Below, one piece after another: positions 26,380 through 35,617 of a stretch of 36,612 nucleotides of DNA (the stretch's first letter is position 1; each line of letters starts with the position of its first letter). Made by a program: the position numbers and the translations under genes. The stretch is taken from positions 1 through 36,612 of the forward strand of contig JBGTHM010000127.1 in assembly GCA_041746255.1 (NCBI GenBank). Direction: 5' to 3'. The notes beneath the pieces were generated by a model that did no database searches, was not told the DNA's origin, and worked only from the letters and a program-made list of their open reading frames with translations. The stretch is from Fibrobacteria bacterium (GTDB taxonomy: Bacteria; Fibrobacterota; Fibrobacteria; UBA11236).

Positions 26380-29349
26380 GTGGAGGTTTTCAAGCCGGGA
26401 CAACGTTGGGTCAGTGATTCCGAACCCGAATTGGGGTTGGGGGAAATCTCCGAAGTGGGTTTCCGCGACGTCAAAATCGCCTTCCGGGCGGCCGACACCG
26501 TGCGTACCTATATGCAAAGGGGCGCCCCGCTCAGGCGGGTACGCCTCAAAGCAGGGGAGAGGGCCCGCACCCGCGAAGGGAAAATCTTCGTGGTACGCGG
26601 CGTGCAGGAATCCGACGGGGTGTTAACCTATAGCGGCGAGGGCATGCACTTGCCCGAGCAGGAATTGCTCGACAGTTTAAGTTTTTCCGATCCGGACAAA
26701 CGCCTGTTGGCCGGTCAAGTGGGCAAGCCGCGCGATTACCTCCTGCGTATGCATACGCAAGCTTTTCGCCGGGAAGTCGTCTCTTCGCCGGAGCACGGCC
26801 TGGTAGGCGCGCGCGTGCAATTGCTGCCCCATCAAATCTCCATCGCGGAAAGGGTTTCGCAAAGGCACCATCCGCGCGTCTTGCTTGCCGACGAAGTGGG
26901 GCTGGGCAAGACCATCGAAGCCGGTCTCATCTTCCACCGGCTTTTCGTAACCGGCCAGGTCGACCGCGTTCTCATCGTGACGCCTCCGCATCTCGTGCAT
27001 CAATGGCTGGTGGAAATGTACCGCCGTTTCAACCATATGTTCACCGTGATGGACGAGGACTTAGCCCGCTCCGAAGAAAAAGGCAATAAGCAGGTCAATC
27101 CGTTTCTGGGCCGCCAAACCGTCATTTGTGGTTTGGATTTTCTCTCGACTTCCAAAAAACGCGTGGAGCAAGCGGCTGCGGCCGGCTTCGATTTGCTTAT
27201 CGTGGACGAAGCCCACCATTTGACTTGGTCACCCGAAATGGCTTCTCCGGAATACGCCGCCGTGGAAAAACTGGCCACCGTGAGCTCCGGGGTATTGTTA
27301 ATCACCGCCACGCCCGTGCAATTAGGCGAGGCGGGCCATTTCGGTCGGTTGCGCCTGCTGGACGCCAATCGTTTTCCCTCCCTGGAAAAGTATCGCGAGG
27401 AGGTGGGCGAATACCGTGAGGTGGCCGACGCCGCCCGGGTTTTGACCGAAAAAAAAGAGCCGGATACCGCTGTGGCGGAAGCCTTGCGCAAGCGCTTTAG
27501 CGGCGACGGGGAGTTGTTGCATAAAATCGACGCCTACCTTCAGGGCGCCTCCGGATCCCGCGACGGGTTGCTCTTCGATTTGGTCGACCGGCACGGCACC
27601 GGTAGGCTTATGTTCCGCAACCGCCGTCAGGCCATGAGCGGCTTCCCTCGCCGCATCGTCCGCTCCGCCCCCCTGGAAAACTCTCCCGCACACAAAGAAT
27701 TCACTTCCCTGGTGCTGACGGGACCGGGCGTGCATCCCGACAAACCGGAAGACTTGGCCAATTATCTCAACGGTCCCGCCGCTTATAATGTGGGTCAATT
27801 CAAGATTCCCGCCTCCGAAGCGGAAAAAGCTTTGCTTAAAGCCTGGCGGCGCGATCCGCGCCTCAACTGGCTGGTGGGCTTGCTCAAAGAAGTACCGGAC
27901 GAGAAAATCCTGCTTATCTGTTCGCATAAAAGCGTGGTGTTCGCCTTGCAGGAAATTTTACCGACTTTCACCACGGTGGATTTTACGGCCTTCCACGAAA
28001 ACATGATTTTGACTACGCGTGACCGCAATGCGGCTTACTTCGCGCGTCCCGACGGGGCCCGCTTGTTGCTCTCCTCCGAAATCGGCAGCGAGGGGCGTAA
28101 TTTTCAATTCGCCCACCATTTGGTGCTTTTCGATTTGCCGCTCAATCCCAGCGTATTGGAACAACGTATCGGTCGTCTCGATCGTATCGGGCAACTCAGC
28201 GACATCTACATCCACGTGCCCTATGTGAAGGACACCGCGCATGAGGTGCTGTATCGCTGGTATTCCGAAGGGTTGGACGCATTTGAACATCCATTATTGG
28301 GTTCGGACTATTTCTACGACGCTCAGGCCGAAGATATTCGCCGGGTTTGCATCGAGGCCATGCATGCCGAGGCCGGTATGGGCGAGGGCGCCGAAATTCC
28401 TGGTGGCGCAGAGGAAAACCCCGGCTTCCAAAAAAGTCTGGACGCTCTGGTCGCACGCACGCGGGCGCTGGCGGTGGAGGTCAAAGAGTCTTTGGAAAAA
28501 GGGCGAGACCGTCTGTTGGAAATCAACTCCAGCCGTCCTGAATTGGCACGTGGGCTTATCGAAGCCATCGAGTCGCGCGATGCCAACTCCGGCTTGGAAC
28601 AATTTCTGGAAACCGTTTTCAACCATTACGGTGTCGACATCGATAAAACCAAGGAAAGGCGCGGGCATTTCGTATTCCCCGGTCCGCAAATGTATATCGA
28701 TACTTTCCCCGGTCTTCCCGAAGCGGGCATAGCCTTCACCTATGATCGCGACGAAGCCTTGATACACGAAGATTTGGCCTTTATGAGCGTGGACCATCCG
28801 CTGGTACTGGGCGCAGTCGAGATGATTCTCGGCAATGCCGATGGCACCGTGGCTTTCGTGGAATGGAAAGGAGCACCCAAACAGGGGTTCGCATTGGAAA
28901 CCCAGTTCATTTTGGAATCCACCGCACCGGGTAGGCTGCACATGGCCCGCTTTCTGCCGCCCACACTTATCCGCTTGCTGGTGAATCAAACCGGGGATGA
29001 CGTCTCGGATTGGCTAACCCAACTCGACGAAATTTATCCCGACCAGGGACCCACCGCTCTATTGGAAGAACACCATGACCAATTCGGCAAGCTGATACCC
29101 AAGCTTCTGAATTCCGCCACCGGCCTAGCCGGTATTAAGGAAACCGTTTTAAAGCAGCATGCGTGTAAACTCGCGCAAACCGTTTTAGGCGGGGAGCTGG
29201 ATCGCCTCACGGCCTTGAGAAATATCAACCCCAGCGTGTCCGATGCCGAAATCAAGGCGGCGAAAAGCGAACTGGAAGAAGTTTTGGGTTTTTTAGCCTC
29301 GGCGGAATTGCGCTTGGATGCAGTGCGGCTGGTGATGATGGCTATTTGA
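26380..29349 (+). CDS. rapA: RNA polymerase-associated SNF2 helicase RapA/HepA
   Basis: FKPGQRWVSDSEPELGLG, LLADEVGLGKT, DEAHH, SEIGSEGRNFQFAHH, EQRIGRLDRIGQ; GTG start. Confidence 0.96.
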   Translation: MEVFKPGQRWVSDSEPELGLGEISEVGFRDVKIAFRAADTVRTYMQRGAPLRRVRLKAGERARTREGKIFVVRGVQESDGVLTYSGEGMHLPEQELLDSLSFSDPDKRLLAGQVGKPRDYLLRMHTQAFRREVVSSPEHGLVGARVQLLPHQISIAERVSQRHHPRVLLADEVGLGKTIEAGLIFHRLFVTGQVDRVLIVTPPHLVHQWLVEMYRRFNHMFTVMDEDLARSEEKGNKQVNPFLGRQTVICGLDFLSTSKKRVEQAAAAGFDLLIVDEAHHLTWSPEMASPEYAAVEKLATVSSGVLLITATPVQLGEAGHFGRLRLLDANRFPSLEKYREEVGEYREVADAARVLTEKKEPDTAVAEALRKRFSGDGELLHKIDAYLQGASGSRDGLLFDLVDRHGTGRLMFRNRRQAMSGFPRRIVRSAPLENSPAHKEFTSLVLTGPGVHPDKPEDLANYLNGPAAYNVGQFKIPASEAEKALLKAWRRDPRLNWLVGLLKEVPDEKILLICSHKSVVFALQEILPTFTTVDFTAFHENMILTTRDRNAAYFARPDGARLLLSSEIGSEGRNFQFAHHLVLFDLPLNPSVLEQRIGRLDRIGQLSDIYIHVPYVKDTAHEVLYRWYSEGLDAFEHPLLGSDYFYDAQAEDIRRVCIEAMHAEAGMGEGAEIPGGAEENPGFQKSLDALVARTRALAVEVKESLEKGRDRLLEINSSRPELARGLIEAIESRDANSGLEQFLETVFNHYGVDIDKTKERRGHFVFPGPQMYIDTFPGLPEAGIAFTYDRDEALIHEDLAFMSVDHPLVLGAVEMILGNADGTVAFVEWKGAPKQGFALETQFILESTAPGRLHMARFLPPTLIRLLVNQTGDDVSDWLTQLDEIYPDQGPTALLEEHHDQFGKLIPKLLNSATGLAGIKETVLKQHACKLAQTVLGGELDRLTALRNINPSVSDAEIKAAKSELEEVLGFLASAELRLDAVRLVMMAI

Positions 29350-29574
29350 GCCAAGCCTTTTGGAAAATTCTGTTTTTTTAAAAATACGGTATTTAAGCCG
29401 GTTTTACTGCGCCCATACTCTCCCTAGCCTAGATTATACTCAAACATGTAGTTGCCGGAACACCTTTTCTTCCTCCTGGGGGCAGACTAGGCAGGGAATT
29501 TCAGCATGGCCTTTACCTCTATTTGTACTGGGGGGGTATGCGGGGAGGTTCCCACAATAATTTGGAGAATATTC

Positions 29575-30918
29575 ATGCCCACAAGATGCTTGCCGCGAAC
29601 CTACTTATTCGCTTTACTGGGGACATGCTTCGGAACCGGCGTCTATGCTCAAGGCGGATTTTCCCGCGCCGATTCGGGTTGGGTACCTATTTTCAACGGG
29701 ACAAATTTTGATGGGTTGTATTCCCGGATGTACGAAAAAGAAATTACCGAAACGGTAGACCCGGCTTTCAGCATTAACAACAAAGAGATCCATGTGGCAT
29801 TTAATGCGGGAGGCCATCTCGCTACAAAAAAGGTGTATTCGCATTACCAGGTCCGAGTAGACTATAAATACGGCCAGAAAATCGTAGGCGTCGGGAATGC
29901 CGGATTGCTGTATCATGTGGACGATTCCCATCCCCGGATGGGCGACAAACACCCCCGTTCCGTAGAAGATCAAATGAAAAAACCGGAGGCCGGCTGGTTT
30001 TACTCTATCCAACAAGTGACCGTGGATATTCCCGTTGCGAACAATTGTAAAAACTGTTACGAACCAGGTAGTTCTAAAATGGGTGTTTCACCGAGAGATG
30101 GCCGGTTCTTCACCTCCGGTAACACACCGGACCCCTACAAGGATAATGATTGGAATGTCAAGATAACCACCATAAGGGGAGCCGACAGCGGAAAGCACGT
30201 AGTCAATGGCATCACGAGAATGGAGGTTTATAATTATCGGGTGCCTGCCGGAACCGGCAAATTCACACCCTATGGCGAAGGCCGTTTGGGTGTTCAAGCG
30301 GAGGGATCCGAAGTAATGTACCGCAATTGGGAGATCATGGAAATCCATCCCAAAAGCCCGGTCAGTTATTTCACCCGGTTCTTCCTGGACCAGCCCCGGA
30401 CCGCACAAAGCGTGATACCGGGCGCCACGGTGGACATCAAGTGGCGTTCTATCGGGCCAATGAAGAATGCGAAGATCGAATACCATGCCCAGGGCAATTG
30501 GAATAATATCGCTGCTTCCGCTCCGAATAACGGAAGCTACGCATGGCAGGTTCCGGCGGGTTTGACCGGTGCGGTAAAATTGCGGATTTCCGGAGTCGCT
30601 GGGGAAGAATGGGTTGCCTCGGATGAAAGCGAAGCCTTGCCAACGAGTATCGGGAATTTGAAAATGCCAGCCTCCCATCGGCTTATGGTTAAGGGGAAGG
30701 ACCAGTGGGTTAGCTGGGGAAAACCCTGGAGTTCGGTCAACATCCGCGACGCGAAGGGAACTCTCATCAAAACCTTCGGGCCCGAAAATAATGGTTCCAA
30801 TATCACTTGGGATCTTAGCGACAATACTGGCCAGCAGGTTCGAGGTGGAATCTATTTCATCACATTCTCCCAGGATCGGCAGAAACAGACTTTCAAGGTG
30901 TGGGTAACGCCCTTGTAG
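29575..30918 (+). CDS. Secreted DUF1080 (3-keto-disaccharide hydrolase-like) protein with Ig-like domain and FlgD/T9SS-like C-terminal domain
   Basis: Signal peptide, GWVPIFNGTNFDG, GNAGLLYH, GRLGVQAEGSEVMYRN; NNGSYAWQVP; ITWD.SDNTGQQVRGGIYFI; GGAG RBS. Confidence 0.85.
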   Translation: MPTRCLPRTYLFALLGTCFGTGVYAQGGFSRADSGWVPIFNGTNFDGLYSRMYEKEITETVDPAFSINNKEIHVAFNAGGHLATKKVYSHYQVRVDYKYGQKIVGVGNAGLLYHVDDSHPRMGDKHPRSVEDQMKKPEAGWFYSIQQVTVDIPVANNCKNCYEPGSSKMGVSPRDGRFFTSGNTPDPYKDNDWNVKITTIRGADSGKHVVNGITRMEVYNYRVPAGTGKFTPYGEGRLGVQAEGSEVMYRNWEIMEIHPKSPVSYFTRFFLDQPRTAQSVIPGATVDIKWRSIGPMKNAKIEYHAQGNWNNIAASAPNNGSYAWQVPAGLTGAVKLRISGVAGEEWVASDESEALPTSIGNLKMPASHRLMVKGKDQWVSWGKPWSSVNIRDAKGTLIKTFGPENNGSNITWDLSDNTGQQVRGGIYFITFSQDRQKQTFKVWVTPL

Positions 30919-31254
30919 GTTGGAGCGGTAACAGTCGAAATCAGTAGTTGTATTTTAAATAAAACACTTCCTCTCCTCGTCGCATTCCATTTGTCGGAAA
31001 AGGCAATAGATTTAAAATCAAACTTATTTGGTTTTAATGAGCCCCATATGGAGAGTAATCCGATCAGATAATCGCCCGCGTTCTTTACTATTTCCTGATG
31101 CAAAATTCGGCGCCGGATTTACACAATTTGGTGCTAGGTAAGCAGAAGTCAGTGAAATTGAAAAAGCTCTCGGATAATGGGCAGACTAGAATACGATTAA
31201 AATATTCGATGGAATTACCGACCCTAAATTCGGTCAGTTGAAATAGGAGTTACG

Positions 31255-32370
31255 ATGCAATGCACTAAATTTCTGGCCCTGATACTTATTCTGGGCACCC
31301 TGGTATTCAGCCAACGTACCGAACACCTTCAAAAAACGCGAGGTATCGATCCTGGGCCTGAACCGGAACGGGTTGATGCGGAAGGTTGGATATGGCTGTT
31401 CGATGGAACCCTTGAATCCCTGAAAAAATACTGGTTCAAATCGCCCAGCGCACATGGGGGTGGCAGTATTTGGTGGGTGGATGAGGATCCTGAAACCGTG
31501 GACCGGGGTAAATTGGCAAAAGGGACAAAAGTACTGTGGTCCACCCAACAACCCGTGGGCACAGGTGGAGTGATGATGACTAATAGAAGGTATAAAGACC
31601 TTGAAGTCATGGTTGGGTTTAAGCCTACTTGGAATAATGATGGCGGAATTTTTTTCCGTTCAACAATTAGCGGGCAAGCATGGCAGGTTATGTTGGACTA
31701 TAAAAATGCGAATACTTTAGGCGGCGTTTACGGAGAGAAAATAACGGATGTCTTTAGAGTAGACCGCATGTACACGTTGAGGTCGGAAACAGCAATAAAC
31801 AAAGTCAGAGTTCCTTGGTCTGAAGACTGGAGTGAGGTTTGGGACCCAAACGGTTACAACGAGATTTTTGCTCGAATACTCGGGGAGCCGCCTACTATCC
31901 ATGCATGGTTGAATAAACCTAAATTCGTTGTAAGTGATCTGAAGCTCCCTCAAAAGGCGCCACAATTGGGCGATGACGGACATTTGGGTATTCAGGTGCA
32001 TAATGGCTCAGTTGCATGGAGTAATTCCCCCAATCGGTATACCTACATCAAAGTTCGGGAATTAAACCCGGATGGAACGCTTAAATATCCCCCTAAACCG
32101 ACGTCCGGAATGAAGCCTCATTCCGATAAAAGCGTAACCGGAGCAGGGTTGAAATGGAATATAAAGGGGGGCAACGTTTTGGAAATTATGGGGTCTCTGT
32201 CGGGGCGGTATACCCTTAACCTGAAGGATCTCAAGGGTCGCTCGGTTATCCAGAAATCCGGAGATGGGGGACATGTTCAATTTGAAGTTCCCGGTATCCG
32301 ATCCGGAATTTACATCCTTGAGATAAATGCCGGTGGTAATTTCACAACTTCAAAAATCATTTCCATGTAG
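31255..32370 (+). CDS. Secreted DUF1080 protein with T9SS-like C-terminal domain
   Basis: Signal peptide, GWIWLFDG, NDGGIFFR, GHLGIQVH; tail DLKGR...SGIYILEI...TSKII; AGGAG RBS. Confidence 0.85.
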   Translation: MQCTKFLALILILGTLVFSQRTEHLQKTRGIDPGPEPERVDAEGWIWLFDGTLESLKKYWFKSPSAHGGGSIWWVDEDPETVDRGKLAKGTKVLWSTQQPVGTGGVMMTNRRYKDLEVMVGFKPTWNNDGGIFFRSTISGQAWQVMLDYKNANTLGGVYGEKITDVFRVDRMYTLRSETAINKVRVPWSEDWSEVWDPNGYNEIFARILGEPPTIHAWLNKPKFVVSDLKLPQKAPQLGDDGHLGIQVHNGSVAWSNSPNRYTYIKVRELNPDGTLKYPPKPTSGMKPHSDKSVTGAGLKWNIKGGNVLEIMGSLSGRYTLNLKDLKGRSVIQKSGDGGHVQFEVPGIRSGIYILEINAGGNFTTSKIISM

Positions 32371-32384
32371 TTGAATAATTAAAA

Positions 32385-33947
32385 ATGAATAATTTCCAAA
32401 ATGCACGAAAAACACTGAAAAAATTCCTTTCAATCCCTAAGCTGCCCCTGCTGGTGGCGCCGCTCATGATTTTGTCCGCTCATGCGGAGCAAGGTCTAAC
32501 ACTTAGCAGTAAAAGTTGGTTTCAACTGGGGCAAGTGGTGCAAAGCGGCGACACTCTAATCAGCACCTATAATTACAATCACAACTGGCAACAAAGTGTT
32601 GGGGCCCAGTTCACTGTGCTGGCAAAAATCGGAGAGAATTGGGATGGGGCCATGGGTTTTGGGGGCCTGCAAAACCAGCAACGCACTCAAGGCTCTCCAC
32701 TGGGTTCCCGCAGCATGGAATTGGGATGGCATCAATATGTGACGCAGGCGCGATTGTCTTACCGCAATTCCTCGGAGATTTTGGAATATGGCGCGACCTT
32801 TGGGTTGTTTCCCTATCAATACAATACCGATGTTACAAACTTAGGGGCATATCTTTTACGGGGACCGGTTTATCCGGGCTTTCTATACTCCGAATTTGAG
32901 TCTCCCCAATTAGATCCCACGGTGGCGAATATTTTAGGAATACATTTTCACGGCAAGCTGTGGAATTCTTTTAGCCACGACCTGATTTTGCGAAGCGAAG
33001 TGGAATTAAAACCGATTTTTGATTTTTCCTTGATTTACCTCACCAGTTTCAAATTTGGACCGGCTTTGGAAATCGGTGGTGGTGTGAACCTTTACCGGGT
33101 TTTCGCAATCAAACCCGAACTCACCGACTTGAAGGATGAAGAGACTTACCGCAAAAATATTTTGCCGCAACGTAATGTGGTGACTCCATACGATCGGAAA
33201 TACATTTATGTGCCTACGGATACCATCTGGTACAATACGGATGGAGTGCCCCTGAATCAGGTGGCAGCGGGCGTAGACACTTTTTCCGTGTCCGGGAGCG
33301 AGTTGTTTCGGACGGACATAGAACGTATTGACGTTGTTTCCAAAGCCGATACCACATTCCTTTCCCATCGGGGAATCAAATTGATGGGAAGGTTTACTTT
33401 CGATCCCAAGGCTTTTATGACAATCGGCAATCTCGGTCCGGAAGATTTGAAGCTTTATGGTGAAATCGCCGTTATTGGAACTCAAAACTACAAGGGCATC
33501 TACGATGATATCCGGGAACGGATTCCGGTTATGATGGGTTTTAATATTCCCACGTTTGGGTTGCTGGACAGGTTTTCCTTCGAAGTGGAATATTACGGTG
33601 CGCGATATAAAAACGATGATTTTAAATTGAAACAACTGTTATCTCCCATCCCCATCGGAAATGGAAGCTCTGAATACCAACAGGTAGACAGTCTAGGTTA
33701 CCTAAAGGGCAATCCGGGTGTGCTTTTTGCGGACGTGGACATAGAAAACATGACCAAAGACAATTTGAAATGGTCGCTCTACCTCTCACGAACTTTCATG
33801 AGGCACATGAAACTCAGTGCTCAGATAGCCAATGATCATTTCCGACCGGGTCAATATATTGATACGCATTTTACGCAAAGGTTCGCCACAGCCTTTACCC
33901 GGCCTGAAGATTTTTATGTGATGTTCAGAATCGGATATTTTTTCTGA
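32385..33947 (+). CDS. Hypothetical outer-membrane protein, paralogue 1
   Basis: Signal peptide (AHA), amphipathic beta strands, C-terminal FRIGYFF; shares motif blocks with the next two ORFs. Confidence 0.85.
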   Translation: MNNFQNARKTLKKFLSIPKLPLLVAPLMILSAHAEQGLTLSSKSWFQLGQVVQSGDTLISTYNYNHNWQQSVGAQFTVLAKIGENWDGAMGFGGLQNQQRTQGSPLGSRSMELGWHQYVTQARLSYRNSSEILEYGATFGLFPYQYNTDVTNLGAYLLRGPVYPGFLYSEFESPQLDPTVANILGIHFHGKLWNSFSHDLILRSEVELKPIFDFSLIYLTSFKFGPALEIGGGVNLYRVFAIKPELTDLKDEETYRKNILPQRNVVTPYDRKYIYVPTDTIWYNTDGVPLNQVAAGVDTFSVSGSELFRTDIERIDVVSKADTTFLSHRGIKLMGRFTFDPKAFMTIGNLGPEDLKLYGEIAVIGTQNYKGIYDDIRERIPVMMGFNIPTFGLLDRFSFEVEYYGARYKNDDFKLKQLLSPIPIGNGSSEYQQVDSLGYLKGNPGVLFADVDIENMTKDNLKWSLYLSRTFMRHMKLSAQIANDHFRPGQYIDTHFTQRFATAFTRPEDFYVMFRIGYFF

Positions 33948-34136
33948 ATTACCGTGAGTGGATTAAGCTCGGTCCAATTAAGGATTCTCGGCGCTTTACC
34001 GGCGAATTTAAAGTCAATTCTCTGCTCCGGCCAGCATAAAAGCGGTCAACTTGCCCTAAGAAAGGCATGTCAAGGTCTTATTTAGCCTCCACAGGTAAAG
34101 CTTATGCATCGTTACAGATTAATAAAGGACGCACGA

Positions 34137-35576
34137 ATGAATTTTAAAGCATGGGCGGTACCTCTTGTCGCACACCTAATGCTGAATACCGCCGTTGCCC
34201 AGTTTGACAACAGTTTTGATATCCAATTTCATGGAGCGGGGTGGTACCAATTCGGCAGCATCATGCATGTTTCGGATACCATTACCGGATCGAATAATTA
34301 CCAGGGCAATTGGACCCAGAATTATGGAGCGGTCTTTAATGGTTTGATTGATTTCAACGAAGAATTCACGGGTTCATTTGGTATCGGAGCCATTAAGGGA
34401 CACACGGCCCAAGGCGCGATCAGTAACTGGAGCGCTCTTCAATACTTTCAGACCACTTTCGTAAACATGGCTGAGCTCACCTTTACTCCGGGTGGGGATA
34501 GAGCCACTTCGCCGTTCAGCCTGACAACTGGCCTTTTCTCATATAATTACGACAGCAATATCCGCAATCTGGGTCTGTATCTCATTCGAGGCAGCGTTTA
34601 TCCTCAAATAATTCTTTCGGAGTTTGAATCCAAAGAAATGCTCCCAATCGGGAATTTACTGGGAGCCAGGATTCACAGTAATTTCGGAAAAAACTATAGT
34701 CAAGATGTCCTCCTGGTCAGTGAATCCGATATGATGCCCAAGTTTGACTATTCCCTGATTTATGTGGGCAATCTTAAATTTGGAAATACCGTAGAGTTAG
34801 GCGCGGGTTTCAATCTTTACCACCTGATACCTGTTCGACCTTCGCTTTCCTCGCCGAAAGAAGGAGGAGAAATCGGAGGGGATTGGGTGGAGCCCGGAGG
34901 TTCCCAACCCGTCAGAGAAATGGATCGCACCTTTGCGCTCGACCTGGACACGACTATTATACCCTTGGCCCAGAGAACCAGCCCTGAAGACAGTTTGCTT
35001 ATCAACCGGGAGTGGTATTCTACTCGGGGTGTAAAACTGATGGGCAGGTTCGCCTTTGATCCTAAGGGGTTTTTCGGGACCGGTTCCTTCGGACCCAACG
35101 ACTTGAAGCTTTACGGCGAAATCGCAGTCCTGGGTGTAAAGAATTACAAGAAAATATACAACAACATCTGGGAACGCATTCCCTTAATGCTTGGATTCAA
35201 CTTTCCCACCTTTAAACTACTGGATGATTTTGCGATCGAGGTGGAGTATTTCCCCAATACACATATGCCGGATTATGGGAAGCTTCAGAGCCAATCCAGT
35301 CCGATTCCTAGAAGTCCTTATTGGAACAGGTCGGTGGTGAACGATGAAAATGGTAATGAGATCCAACCGACTCCTTATGATGCGAAGGCGGACGATTGGA
35401 AATGGTCGATTTATCTCTCCCGAGTCCTAGCCGGACATGTGAAAATAAGCGGGCAGATCGCAAGCGACCACTTGAGGATCGGATCCAGTTCACCTTATCC
35501 TTTCTATACCTTCGAGGAAACTTTCACTTCTCCCAAAGACTGGTATTGGATGTTGAAATCGACGTTCTTTTTCTAG
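34137..35576 (+). CDS. Hypothetical outer-membrane protein, paralogue 2
   Basis: Signal peptide (AVA), C-terminal LKSTFFF; AAGGA RBS before ATG 34137. Confidence 0.85.
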   Translation: MNFKAWAVPLVAHLMLNTAVAQFDNSFDIQFHGAGWYQFGSIMHVSDTITGSNNYQGNWTQNYGAVFNGLIDFNEEFTGSFGIGAIKGHTAQGAISNWSALQYFQTTFVNMAELTFTPGGDRATSPFSLTTGLFSYNYDSNIRNLGLYLIRGSVYPQIILSEFESKEMLPIGNLLGARIHSNFGKNYSQDVLLVSESDMMPKFDYSLIYVGNLKFGNTVELGAGFNLYHLIPVRPSLSSPKEGGEIGGDWVEPGGSQPVREMDRTFALDLDTTIIPLAQRTSPEDSLLINREWYSTRGVKLMGRFAFDPKGFFGTGSFGPNDLKLYGEIAVLGVKNYKKIYNNIWERIPLMLGFNFPTFKLLDDFAIEVEYFPNTHMPDYGKLQSQSSPIPRSPYWNRSVVNDENGNEIQPTPYDAKADDWKWSIYLSRVLAGHVKISGQIASDHLRIGSSSPYPFYTFEETFTSPKDWYWMLKSTFFF

Positions 35577-35617
35577 ACCGGATGAAATTAATGCAGTTTA
35601 AAAGGAATTTTTCCAAA

